Positions 34,908 through 46,600 are shown, numbered from the whole stretch's first letter. The stretch is 57,799 nucleotides of DNA, filler included, from Porpidia crustulata (GCA_964255105.1; 6 parts of 6 records of this genome joined end to end with filler, not necessarily neighbours in it); one strand, 5' to 3'. Notes: a model not told the origin generated them from the sequence alone. Translations and numbers: made by a program.

Positions 34908-36306
34908 ATGGCGACGACTTCATCACAGCAAGATCTCCTACCACCGCCCGCAACCATTGATAACATCCACAAAGTCTACTCAATCGCCATAGCTTGTGCC
35001 GTCCTTGGAATATTCGCCAGTCTTGTTGTCCTCTTGCGTCTTGGGCTGCGGATACGTGCCCGCGCGTTCGGGCTCGATGACTGGGCCGTTATTCCCGCTC
35101 TGGTAAGCCGTCGATGAATCAATCGAAAGCCTCTCCATCTTTGACACTTTGATCTAGCTGTTGTACATCGGCTGGACTGCAATGGCCACCTACGTCAACC
35201 TTCATGCTGGGGTTGGCAAACCTCTGTGGGAGATCACGGTAGGGGAATACTCAATTTGGTTCAAGGTTTGTCTCTGGTTCATGGACGGGCGATGACCTCC
35301 GCAAGGCGTACATTGCTAGGAGTAAGCCCGTTGATCTAGACTGAATTGTTCGGATTCCTAGGGCATTCTTGGATCCGCCTGGCTCTACCCATCAATGACA
35401 GGTGCAATCCGAATCTCCATTCTCTTTTTCTACTACCGCATCTTCGTGACACCACAAGCACGATTGAAGGTAGTACTCCAGGCCTTACTCGCCCTCCAGG
35501 TCGTCTACCTGGTGGTATACTCCATCCTGCCAGCCTTCGTATGCCGCCCATTATACAAGGCCTGGCACCCACTGGAACGAGAACTGTACTGCAACGACTG
35601 GTACTATTACTACTCACAAGTGGCCTTGTACAGCAACAGCATGGCCTTCGACATCATCCTACTTGTTCTCCCACTCTACCCAGTATGGAAGCTCCACATG
35701 CCTGTCAAGCGGCGCTTGAGCGTCGGTTTCGTTTTTATGCTAGGAGCAGCGTACGTCCCGCTGCACGTAAGCGCCAAACTCTTTCGTATAAGATACTAAC
35801 TCGATCATAGCGCAGGCATTTGCGCCGCGTACAAGCTGGCGATCTTCGTCGTCCAGATGGCGCGCTTCACACAAATCAACCCAAGATGTAAGTTCTGTTC
35901 CGCGCAAACATACTCGGCCCGCGCAGCTACTCAAACCACGAACCTAGGGCTCCAATATCAAATGAGTATGCTTATTCCCCCCCAATTCGACACCTACGGC
36001 AGGACATTTTGGATACCCTCCCAAGTCGAGCCGACCGTCGCCCTCATCGGCACCTCCCTACCGGCAATCCGTCAGCCCCTGATCTCCATCACATCCAAAG
36101 TCTGGAGCCAGATATCCTTCTCTTCGGCCACACACCGTACGAAGCCTGGTAGCAAAGCCCAAGGTGTACCTGTGCGCTCCACCTCGCAGCGGCCAAGGTC
36201 ATTCATCGTGTCGGGGCCCAAGCCAAGCGCGACCAGCGGCGACTCCGAGACCGCGCTATATAGGGGGTATACCGAGTTGAGCGATTGGGATAACAGCACT
36301 AAGTGA
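34908..36306 (+). CDS. PTH11-like / Sat4-like integral membrane protein, multi-exon
   Basis: Motifs VVLLRL...FGLDDWAVIPA, AGVGKPLWEI, IRISILFFYYRIF, CRPLYKAW, FDIILLVLPLYPVWKLHMPVKRRL and VEPTVALIGTSLP, with GT-AG introns between the segments. Confidence 0.88.
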
Positions 36307-36538
36307 GGCAGTAGACAGGCTGCGCAGATTTCCTTTGTTCTTTTATATGACGGGTTACTTTTATGCGGCGTTTGCGTTTCGAAAGCTTTGGGTATCGCCG
36401 TACATTTTGAGCAGCAAAAGTCAATGTGAAAGGAAGATCTAATCCAGGCAAGAGAGAAATATAAACTTGAAACTATTAAAGGCCACACGCGTTCGGAGTA
36501 AGAGGCAAGAAATCAAATATACTGTTCGAAGTGATATA

Positions 36539-36661
36539 TACTCGTTTTGACCCCTCTACGGGTCAACTAAGCTCAGACGAGTGAAAGTAACCCTAACCCT
36601 ACGCCAGCCGACCCCATTGAGGTTTTCCGACCCCTGGAGGGGCGAGAAGTGAGGACGAGTA
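36539..36661. mobile_element. MITE-like element, copy 2 (imperfect inverted repeat, telomeric core)
   Basis: TACTCGTTTTGACCCCTCTACGGGTC ... GACCCCTGGAGGGGCGAGAA(GTGAGGA)CGAGTA, with TA at both ends. The core GCTCAGACGAGTGAAAGTAACCCTAACCCTA carries the telomeric part at 36588-36601. Confidence 0.65.
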
Positions 36662-36995
36662 TAGTGGATCAGATTAGCAAAGTCCAATCGTACTCGCTTT
36701 CTGTACACTAAGATACAGGTTAGATATGAGCCCGGATGACGTAGAGTATGTAGCGGTCATTTCGCACGTCATGTTTCCGAGTAGAGGTAGGTAGATAATT
36801 TACTCCAGTCGTGTGAATGAATCGTTTTTGCTGTATGAGGCGTAGATGATTGATGGGATGAACCTATCTGCGATACATAGAAGGAAGTTTGTTGGAGTGT
36901 TGGGAGTTAATATGTGTAGTGGATTAGCGAAAAATGAATGCGTTCGCATTTTGTGTGCATATAGATTGTCAATGTTCAGCGTTCGTTGTTCGAGG

Positions 36996-37111
36996 TACTC
37001 GTTCTCACCCCTGAGCGGGTCAACTACGGTAGTAGGGTAGGCTCAAACTAGTGAAAGGAACCCTAACCCTAGGCTGTATGGTCCGTTGAGGGGGGAATAG
37101 GGGCAAGTGTA
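36996..37111. mobile_element. MITE-like element, copy 3 (right arm degenerate)
   Basis: The left end TACTCGTTCTCACCCC is identical to copy 1 over 16 nt, and GGGTCAACTA is shared with copy 2. Core GCTCAAACTAGTGAAAGGAACCCTAACCCTA. The right arm GGTCCGTTGAGGGGGG is decayed, so the right boundary is approximate. Confidence 0.6.
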
Positions 37112-37270
37112 AGGGCTAGAGGGACTACGGAGGTCTTGGCTCTGAGTTTCGCTTTCTCCTGTATACATCATCTACATTAATATTTTAAAAAAACGTCTTG
37201 TGAAATTTAAACTCGAAAGCGTGATGTCTATTGTTGAGATAAATCCCTATCAACGAACCAATCCATGCGC

Positions 37271-38515
37271 TCAAGGAAGTTTAAACCCCCCCCTCACTAG
37301 CCTCTGAAACACCGCATCCGGATCATACCGCCTCCCCACCCTCCTCAGCTTCTCCACGCTCTCCTCGCCATAATGCGCAATGACACGCTGATCATAACTA
37401 GCATCATTCATGAACTGATACCGTAAACAATTCCCACTGCCTCGCGTGGCATCTTCAATTTTCGCATGGATCCTGCGCGTGGCGTCGTGGGCTTTGTCGT
37501 CGTCGTTGGGGAACCAATGGCCCGTGTCGAGGACGAGCCAGGTTTGGTTGACGGCTTCGAGGCCGAGGGCGTTGGTGCCGCGGGTGTTGCCTGCGAGGAC
37601 GGCGGTGGCGGAAATGGGTTGGATGCCGATGGCTAGGGAACCGGAGGTGAGGGATATTATTTCGTGGAGCTCGGGAGCGGTGCTCAGGACGGAGAGGATT
37701 TCTTGGTAGAGTGAGGCGTTGGGGGTGAAGCTTGTGGCGAACCAGTCAAATCTACCACGGTTTATTTTAATATTCTGTCTCTTTGTGGGGTCTTTAATGC
37801 TACGTACCGGGGAATTGTTGGGACGAGCTGTCCGCTTATCATCTGGGTGAGGGTTTGAAGTTTAGTGTTATCATTGGTGGTTGGTATATGATAGAAAGGA
37901 CTGAATGCAGTTGGTGATGGCTCAGGCTTGAGGTAAATCATGTTCAGGAGGGCGCCAACGCTTGCGTTGGTGACGAATGCCTGCATCATTAGGTTCGCGT
38001 ATGGGTCTTTGTTCGGATTTGACTGGTACTCAGCCATCGCGGAGAAAAGGGCAGGGAGTTCCCTGAGCGTGTAACTTTTGATTCCACCCCAGACTTTGTG
38101 AATAGGATATGTGGAGAGAGTGAACGCTGTGACAATACCTTGGAAAGTTGTAAGTGCTAATATGGGGTTTCAGAACCAAGAGGTTCTTACCAAAATTATT
38201 GCTGCCACCTTTCAGTGCCCACCAGAGATCTGTATGGGACGTTGCATTGGCGTTGACAACGGATGCGTCTGCGAGGACAACCTGACGCTGCGTCAACAGA
38301 AGTTCTCAGGACGGTCGTGGAATGGACTCGAACCTCGAAATTAATGACGTTATCGCAGGCTAGGCCATAGAGATCAGAGAGATATGACAATCCACCTGTA
38401 AAATCAGTAATACCTCTGTCGATACATGAAAATAGATAAACTCACTTCCAAGCAGAAGGCCTCCAACTCCCACTTCTAATACCCTGCCACCCACAACTGT
38501 AACATTGTGTGGATC
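37271..38515 (-). CDS. Second FAD-linked (BBE-like) oxidoreductase, 3' part (5' end truncated by contig end)
   Basis: VVGGRVLEVGVGGLLLG, YGLACDNVINFE|VVLADAS, LWWALKGGSNNFG and last exon ...YQFMNDASYDQ...RYDPDAVFQRLVRGGFKLP*. Confidence 0.88.
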
Positions 38516-38615
38516 NNNNNNNNNNNNNNNNNNNNNNNNNNNNNNNNNNNNNNNNNNNNTTAATTAATTAANNNNNNNNNNNNNNNNNNNNNNNNNNNNN
38601 NNNNNNNNNNNNNNN
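38516..38615. other. Artificial contig spacer
   Basis: N44-TTAATTAATTAA-N44. Confidence 0.99.
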
Positions 38616-39022
38616 ATTCCAGAGAGGATGGAAACCCAGCACAGTATGCTTCCCAGTTTGCGTATGAGAAGCACGTGTATTATAATAAAGATTTATAATA
38701 GGTGTGTTGAGTGGGAAGCGGTAAATCCCGAAACAAGGCGTTATATATATTTCTTATTCACTGCGCAGCGAATGATCCTGTGTGAAATATTGGCTCCAAC
38801 CAATGCTGAAGCTTACAACCATATTATAAAAAAATCAGCTAGAAAGGTTGAAAATGACTGTAAAGCCATAGACCTGTCCCATTGAGCTTAGCCAGAATCC
38901 AATTGCGGAGAGGGAGCTGTTCCCCCCAGGAACTCCTTCAGTCTTCCCAGATGGGATCTCGTTGTTGACCATACGGTGCGAGCAGCGAAAATGCAATCTT
39001 TCTCGGTTCCGTTCGTGGAGCA

Positions 39023-39347
39023 TGTTGAACAAAATGCGAGGCACCTGTCCTTTGCTAATCCATTATATATATATATATATATCAACTTCCAACACTCCCT
39101 CATGATATGTAGAGTGGATATATTGTATGTGCGAAGTTTTTAATTTTCCGATTTCGAGGCATATCAACCTTATACGGCATTTTCCTCTATCGGCAGCCTA
39201 GTTGTAAGTGCGATTCATCCGACGGAAGTGGATTGCCTGACAACGTGCGATATATACCGCTACGCCGTCCGGGCTCATGACCTGTTGAGCAAAATGCGAA
39301 CGCACCTGTTCTGTGCTAATTCATTATACATATATCAACTTCCAACA
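39023..39347. repeat. Dispersed direct repeat, ~65-72 bp x2 (39023-39094 and 39283-39347)
   Basis: tgttga(a/g)caaaatgcga..gcacctgt.ct.tgctaat.cattata...tatcaacttccaaca; the first copy has an expanded (TA)n tract. Confidence 0.85.
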
Positions 39348-40910
39348 AAGCAGAGCTTTGAAGGAATTCAAATGACGGAGCTGCCGGCTCTTCACATGAT
39401 AGGGTATATATTTTATAGTAATGATAAATTTGATGATAGTGGGAAAGGCCTATTGACACATACTCGATATTAAGCCATGAGATACTACTCTATTGAGTGC
39501 CAGCGCAGATAGGTTATTATACGAGTCTCAAACCCCGGACGTAAAACAAACAGGTTATACTAATCTCTCTACCGGATTACTCATCAGAGGATTTCTTTGT
39601 GATTTGAATTTGCGATTCGAGATTCTGGTAGCTACCAAGCGTGCAAGATAATCTCCTGAAGCATTTTTCAGTCCCAAGCGATTTCATTCTCTTGGTTGCT
39701 AAGAGCGGCGGGTGAGCGAGCGTCAAGAAATCTTACGGCATGCTCGCGTCGGAGACAGTACCAATTCTCAGGTCGGTACGCAATTCTCTGGATCTGGAGA
39801 TCTAGGTTGCGGAAAAGACTGAGTTCGAGCGATATGTAATGGAGGATCAGATGATGAGGACAAGGGCGCCGAAGGTTTAGAGGGAAGGACTAGGAAGTAT
39901 GGAGGAGAAGTTTGAAAAAAAAACCCGAGAATGGGAAGGGAGTATGGGAGGGAGTTGAAAGGAGCTTAGGGAGAAGGGATTCGAATAGAGATCGAAAAAA
40001 CTCAAGAAACTCCTTCAGATCTGACGAAGAGGCAAATGCCTACATTACTCCACAATTTTGCTGTGATGCACTGCTGATAGTTTTAGTTTCCCAAAAATTA
40101 CATTGAATTTCTTGACCAAGACCTGCAACTTACTCCTAATCAGAAATACTTGATCCGTGCCACTGGAAGATAATGTCCTGGGTTACTCAGGTGCCGTGTT
40201 CGTGGTAGTCGAAACCATCTGGTAGCGGGTACGAGGATATGCTGAATTCAAAGATATGAGTCTTATCAGAGCCACACCGAAGGCATTAAGGGATGATCAA
40301 TTAGTTCCAGCCGGACGGCCCTAATCAATGAAAACGATAGGTCGCGGAGTTGAGAATCGCATTCGACAAGCTGTCGATTGGCCTTCGAGCCTAGCCTTCG
40401 AGAGGGCGCCCAAATATTCATCGATGCATGAGATAGAAGCACCACTTCAGCTGCAGGCCTACTGAGACGACACAGCTACAGAGGACCGACTGGTTGCTGT
40501 CGCAAATCAGGATGTCGAGATCTCATATGAGCTGGAGCCGTTACGTATTCGGGATCGGAGATAGATAAATGAGACCTTTTGCCGATAATCAGTGCAAGGT
40601 CCGCTTGATACAGCACTGGATAGACGTTTCTTCTGATAAGCTGAGCTTTACTTTTTACTGTATCGATCATCTCTGAATTCCCTGCGACATCCCTGGTAAC
40701 CCCAGGCGTTCTTCCTAGTCCCCACCCATTTTCCCAGGAGATTACTCCCAGAGATAACCAGCAGTGGCCCAAAAAGGGTCTGAGCTCTACTGGGCCTCCT
40801 AGGAGACTGCGTCCAGTAAACCTCTCCCAAGGGATCCAGCTGCGGACTCTGTGAAAAAATGATAGTGGCAATGTAGCACCCACACGGAGATCAACGGGTT
40901 AGGGAAACGC

Positions 40911-41081
40911 CTCTCACTTCCAACGAGAACTTTGTCCGTCTGAAAGGAAGACCTTGCTCATGAAGCGATATGTCGACTTTCTTTCCCTGATCTCTCACTT
41001 TCAACGGTATCTTTTTTTTTCTGGAAGCAAGATCTTGCTCATGAAGTTACATGCCAGCTTTCTTTCTCTAAACTCTCACTT
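40911..41081. repeat. Diverged tandem repeat, period 81 bp, ~2.1 units
   Basis: ctctcactt recurs at 40911, 40992 and 41073. The internal aaga(c/t)cttgctcatgaag...ctttcttt is shared by both full units. Confidence 0.85.
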
Positions 41082-42019
41082 CTCCCAATGGTGTATGCAC
41101 AATCCCCTCTGAAAATACCAAATGTCAATCCTATGAATATCTCAATGGGCATGTAGAAAACTAGAGTCTGATGCGTTGAAGAGGGGCTTCTCTAGTCGTT
41201 GGTCGTTGGTCGTGAGATTGCGGATTCTATTACCCATGTCCCTAAACCCTTTTCTCCGCGAAACTTCAGCCTTTTGATGATCAAAACGTTTTATCACTTG
41301 TTAGAGACTCGTGACTTCCGGTGTCGCTATGGTTGGGTTGCGATAGAAGGCAAGGAAAAGTTTGTTGCGTCTTGAGAGCGGGGTGCTAGCGAATGCAAGG
41401 ATTCAGTAGGACTTAGCCTGTCTGCATCGACGTCTCGCTTTCGCAAGGACGACAGCAGTTGGTGTAGGTCAATGGACAGGCTCTCGTAGATTATATGTAG
41501 GTGATTTGGCAGACCGAATGTAGAATGACCGTGGTGGCCAGTGGAGATTTCCGACGTTGAGTACTGCCTAGTAGACCAATTTGCAGCCATCCATTCATCA
41601 AGTCACTACGTTTGGGCATCGCAAGTAGCCAATGCCAAGGAGTTTAGAAAGCGATGTTCATAGATCTAAATTCAAGGAGAAGATATGTGAGATGGACGAT
41701 GATAGAGATCGGGGCAAGAGAGGAAGACAGGGCAGCCACGCTAGAGTAAGGTAGGGCTCTGTCACCCCAATTCCGTTCAGGGATTCCCTTCAATCAGGCA
41801 AAGACACAACATCAAGATGATCCTGTTAGGATTTTGTTATGAACAGCACTGAAATGAAAGCCAACTCGCTCAGCACATTGCGGTATTCACTCAACAGCTT
41901 CAATTGATTTCTCAGCACCGATTCATTATCACCACAGAGCAGGAAGAAGAGAGACTTTTGTAATGAGTGCAATGAGCGATACTGCAATGCTAGCAGGACA
42001 GCAGGACAGCTACACTACC

Positions 42020-43290
42020 TGGATTTCTCACTCTAATGCAGCTTTTCTCCTCTTCGCATACTAGATAACCTGTTCGCCTCTTCGAGCCACCATTGGTGAC
42101 TTGAAGCCTTAGCTACATCGCCTCCATCAGAGGTCCGTCGGCCAACGGCTTCGCGAGTGATTCGTGACCTTCGGTACCTTTCAAGTTAGCTGGCAGCTCC
42201 TGGTAACTTCTCCAAGATGTTGCACGCGGGTTTTTGGGCTTTGCTGAGCCTGACGTATACTTTTCCGGAGCTGGAAAATGGATATTCTTCGAGGGAAAAT
42301 AGCAGGATATTACCAGGATACAAGACTCTAGAGGTCCTTCATTAATGGTGTGATGACTGCCAGATGACGAGCCTCGATCTCCATTTTCACCGTCCATCCT
42401 GACACGAATCCGCCTAATAGATTGCACGCCGTTCTGAAAGTCCAAGGCCCAATAAGATAAGGAACCCCAAAGCAAGCCGTCATACAAGCATGCTGAGAAA
42501 AAATCCGGTCACTATTGATTCTTGACGAGCTTTGCCGAATAATAATCTTCGCTGTGGTCTCCATTATGAGGGGATTTGGGTGTATCAGGAGAAGAAACGA
42601 GGATACATCTGGAGATGTTGGAGACATAAGATACGTGTGGCAACACCTAGTCCTCAATAACCTCCTTGATGCGAGAATGAGGACCAATAAATTGTGGTAT
42701 CTTGAGGCTTGGACATTGGTCCTTTATTCTATTGTATCTGACACGGATTTCGATTCCGTCAAAGCAGAAAGAGACTCATGGGAGGCCTGGTCAATAGCAT
42801 ATGGCAGACTGCGTTCAAGCATAGGTCTCGATATGTAGTTTCCCCGATCCTCTGCCATATAGGAAAGCTGAGCTTGCAAGTTTGGTTGGCTGCAGCATTC
42901 AACCAAGGCAGATCCCCAATAGCGAAATCTTGCATTCATGGAAGGCCTGTAAGGTCAAGGCCAGTGATAAGTCTCCGAATATGGGCAGATGGAATACCGA
43001 GTCAAGCACCGAATCCGTGGTATTGTACCTTTAGAAAATATTCTCGGGCTATGCGGTGGAGTTTTGAAACTCCTGATCTCAATGACCCGCCAGCATTCCT
43101 CTGCCAAAAGCCAACAACGCTACGGCCTCCTGGCATGCCATTGCTATATAGTTTTGGCTTCTGTGCTAATGCACTTACTATTGGCAATCCAAAGACGCCA
43201 AAAATGTCATCGTCAAGATCGAGCCCCGATCGAGCTAGCGGACAGTGTAGCTCTCTCTCGGAATGATGTACAAATCAATGTTCGTTACTG
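42020..43290 (-). pseudogene. Heavily decayed relic resembling an NB-ARC + TPR (fungal NLR-like) gene
   Basis: Colinear fragments in different frames: YIIPR, DIFGVF(W/G)I, REYFLK, SLPYAIDQA (like GLPLAIDQA) and HQWWLEEANRL...RRKAALE*E (like the TPR unit QGRWKEAEEL...RKRVLGEE). Many stops and frameshifts; no intact Walker A found. Confidence 0.3.
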
Positions 43291-43507
43291 AACGGCAGCT
43301 TAGAGCTAAGTGAAGAATTCCGTCTCGTTAACTCCGGTATGATCAATTCGGGTTCGAAGCCGTTAGACATCATTCTTTACTTGACTTGAAGTGCAAGTGG
43401 ACTCCATGGCTTGGAGCACAGGCGTTGCCTGTCAAAACGCTTGGATTCTTTGTAGATCTTCATGCCCGTAGCTTTACGGTTTGGTTTGGTCGACGAAGCT
43501 ATGCACA

Positions 43508-43659
43508 TGTCCCGAGGGTGAGCCAGGAAAGTTGACCGTATCCTGAGGACGGCCGAGGAAGACATGAACTTGTCCTGAGGGTGAGCCAGGAAAGCTGTAT
43601 GTGTCCTAAGGGCGAATAGGAAAACTTGTCCTGAAGGCGAGCCGAGGAGACTATGAACG
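43508..43659. repeat. Degenerate tandem repeat (TGTCC(C/T)GA(G/A)GG(T/C)GAGCC core; unit starts 43508, 43571, 43627)
   Basis: Three copies of the core at spacings of 63 and 56 bp, with intervening half-units. Confidence 0.8.
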
Positions 43660-46600
43660 TCTCCCGACTTGCCGCTGTGCTCGACCCTCAGCCGATGCTT
43701 GGGGCCGAGCACCCGGGAAAAGTGTCCGCGAATATGGGCGGATTCAGATTGTGGTGACATCGTATGATGCTCACCTGTTGGTGATCACCAAAGTGTCTTA
43801 TTCTTCAATTTCACGGTCCTTTTTGACCATGTCCTTGACATGCCTAATAAGGCTCATGTTCGAGCAAAACTCGAAACTTGAGCTGGAGCTGTGAGGAACT
43901 GTGTCTTGTTCCTTTCCAAATTCACGATATGGCTTTGCAAACCATACAGTCTTAATCGAAAACCAGATAGGTGTGTAAGGGAAGTACGCGAACCAAATTG
44001 TGTACCTTTAGGTGTTTCTGGGCTCCCCCGAGCGGCTACGAAGGCCCGCATCTGTATTCATTCTGTGACCTTTCTCGAACAAGATACTTCTGCATTTTGG
44101 GCACTATTGAATTGTCGAGTCCATCATCACCCAAGACTATCGGTATCCAGTGCCCGGGCAAACTTGCCGTCGACCTAGAAACGGTCTGTGAAGACCTGGA
44201 ATTGGCCTTTGCTTAAGGGCAAAATTTAGAAAGTCCTTAAAAACTGAGGTCAATTCATGCTCCTCTTCGATCTTCGGAGTTCCGTTGGTAGCAAACAGCC
44301 TTCCGTTGTGCTGTCATCAAATACTCTCTGGACCCTTGAGCTTTGGGTTGCAAAGCGGAATAAGGTGCTTCATAAACAACACTGTTCGAAGTAAATATAT
44401 ATATATATAGTGGACTAGCAAAAAGCAAGGTGCGTCCGCGGTTTGTTTATCGAAGATAAGAGCGTCATTGGTCGTGAGCTCTCCATGGAGCTGCCTCTGA
44501 GATTCGACTCATATGGAGAGCAGCTGTGTGCCGGATCGGGACGGAGTGAGCCTTTTAACGTCCTGCTCAGGATCGTACACGGGAGGCTCTTATTTTGGAT
44601 TGCGCTAAATTCATCATGATGGTTTGAATGACCATATACAAGATCCAACATTGGATGGCGCTTCCTCTGGCCCAGAGTGTCCACGCGCCGAGAGGACTTC
44701 GTTAAATCCACTTCTTAACATTCATTGGTTTCAACCTAATCAGACTACGTGTCTCATCCTTTTAGCGCAAAATCCATGTGAGCTAGGAAGCGCATTCGGC
44801 TGCTGTTCTTCCAAGAATAAGACAATGATAAAATTCGAATGTGTGGGAAGGAAGGTGTCGACGAATATAAAGGGGCAAATTGCGGCAAACGGCTATTCTT
44901 CTGGTCGACTCTTGGGGTTTCTTCCAGCTTTACAGCCCCTGCTACCATGGCAATTAGATCGTATAGAGTAGAGATTCTACAAATGTCCCATGATGAAACT
45001 TGATGATCAATGGTCGGGAAGGGTTGAGCGTTAGTCATAGCTCTTGACCTCATCACCTAAATACCCTGGTCCATGGTTGTGACAGAATCGAAGGATTTGG
45101 CCTGGCATACCTTCGAATGTTCTGCATGGACCGATTTCAGTTTTCATGGGACATTTGTGCGGCGCCCAGATCTCAAGCTCTTTGTGTCCAAGAAGTTCAC
45201 GTATCTGTGCTGACATGGTTGCCCTCAATTATACCAATCACACTTCACCACCGTATCTGATGTGGGTAGCAATAATAGTACGCCATTGGCTTGACAGCTT
45301 GCCATTACTGTTGTGGCGAGACTCTTCGACCTTCTTAACTTGAGATTGATCAGTATCTCGGTCTCAATGTCGACCTGTCTGGATTGTCTTGTCGTCTTTC
45401 CCGACAAAGCGATGGGTGCTGTGGAAAAATCGCCCAGTCAAAGTGTCTGAGCGCAGGAGGACAGGACGTGGGCCTTCATATTTAGCGTGGCTACTGCCGA
45501 GCTTGCCTGACCTTGAAGAGAAAGAGGATGAAACTGGAGGAATCGTGGAGAGCTAGAAGCTAGACTTCTGGATATGGCCGTATCGACGTTTCCTTTCTTT
45601 GATGGACTGAGATACTCGATCCATCGTATCGAAACTACCTAATGACTTGAGAAACCAGATAGGTGTCGGAAAGTAGTTCTGGCTTAGCTCTCTAAGCTGC
45701 AACTTGGGTACAGTCGAAGAGACGCTGGGGAAAGACTCTGGGATGGGGGTTAGAGTTGATCCCTTGGGTCTTGATAATGTCAATTTCACTACTCACCTTC
45801 TGGGGTGACGTAAGAGAAGTCTCTCACCCCTGCTAACGATGAGCTATCAAACCGAGGCTGAACATGGCTCGAATGTGTCCAGTAAGATTGAGCTTGAGGT
45901 CATGAAGACGTCCGACGGCAGACTGAAAGGTGACTCAGAGATGCCAAGTAAGAGAGCGAAGTAAGCGTCTGAGTGTGGATGGCTACTTTGGTGACTTTTT
46001 CTCGTCCTTCGAAGCAGCAGCAACAGCAACATCATCTAGGGTTCATCGCCGTGCTCCTAGATATGATATCTATGAGAGAAGCTTTCAAGTATACATAGCG
46101 TCGTTGCATGATGTGTGTAGGTTCTCGTCATGGTGAGTCCAAGATCAACGGAAGAGAAATACTTACCAGGTGAATCTTTGCCATTTTCAACAGCAGGAGC
46201 CACTGCAAATGTTTCATGAGATTGTCATAACGCATTAGCAGTTCCATAAGAAGCTTCTACCCACGTCTGAGAGGCTAGTTTGATGTATCCAGCCGCTTTT
46301 GTTGTGGAAAGTGCAGGATCGAATGCAGATGGGGTTATCCCGGCTGTCGGTTCAACAAAGAATACGGACTAAATTCAAGACACGTAGCTTCCTCAAACCA
46401 ACAAAATATTGTTCATTGGCTGAGGTATTTCCTTGCATTACTAGGTCTAGAACCTGATAGGGGCTCGCTGGCTCTGAGACCTTGTTGTTCATGCAGGTGC
46501 AAGAACTGGTAACAGGAGATAAGCGAAAAGAAGCCCTGAAGCGTAGGCTTTTGAGCTTTCGATACGGACTATAAGATACGCTCCCTATTCACGACATTGA

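Noticed and set aside
43508..43659. CRISPR-like array
   Set aside because: The repeats are degenerate, the intervening sequences resemble the repeat, there are no cas genes, and the context is eukaryotic.
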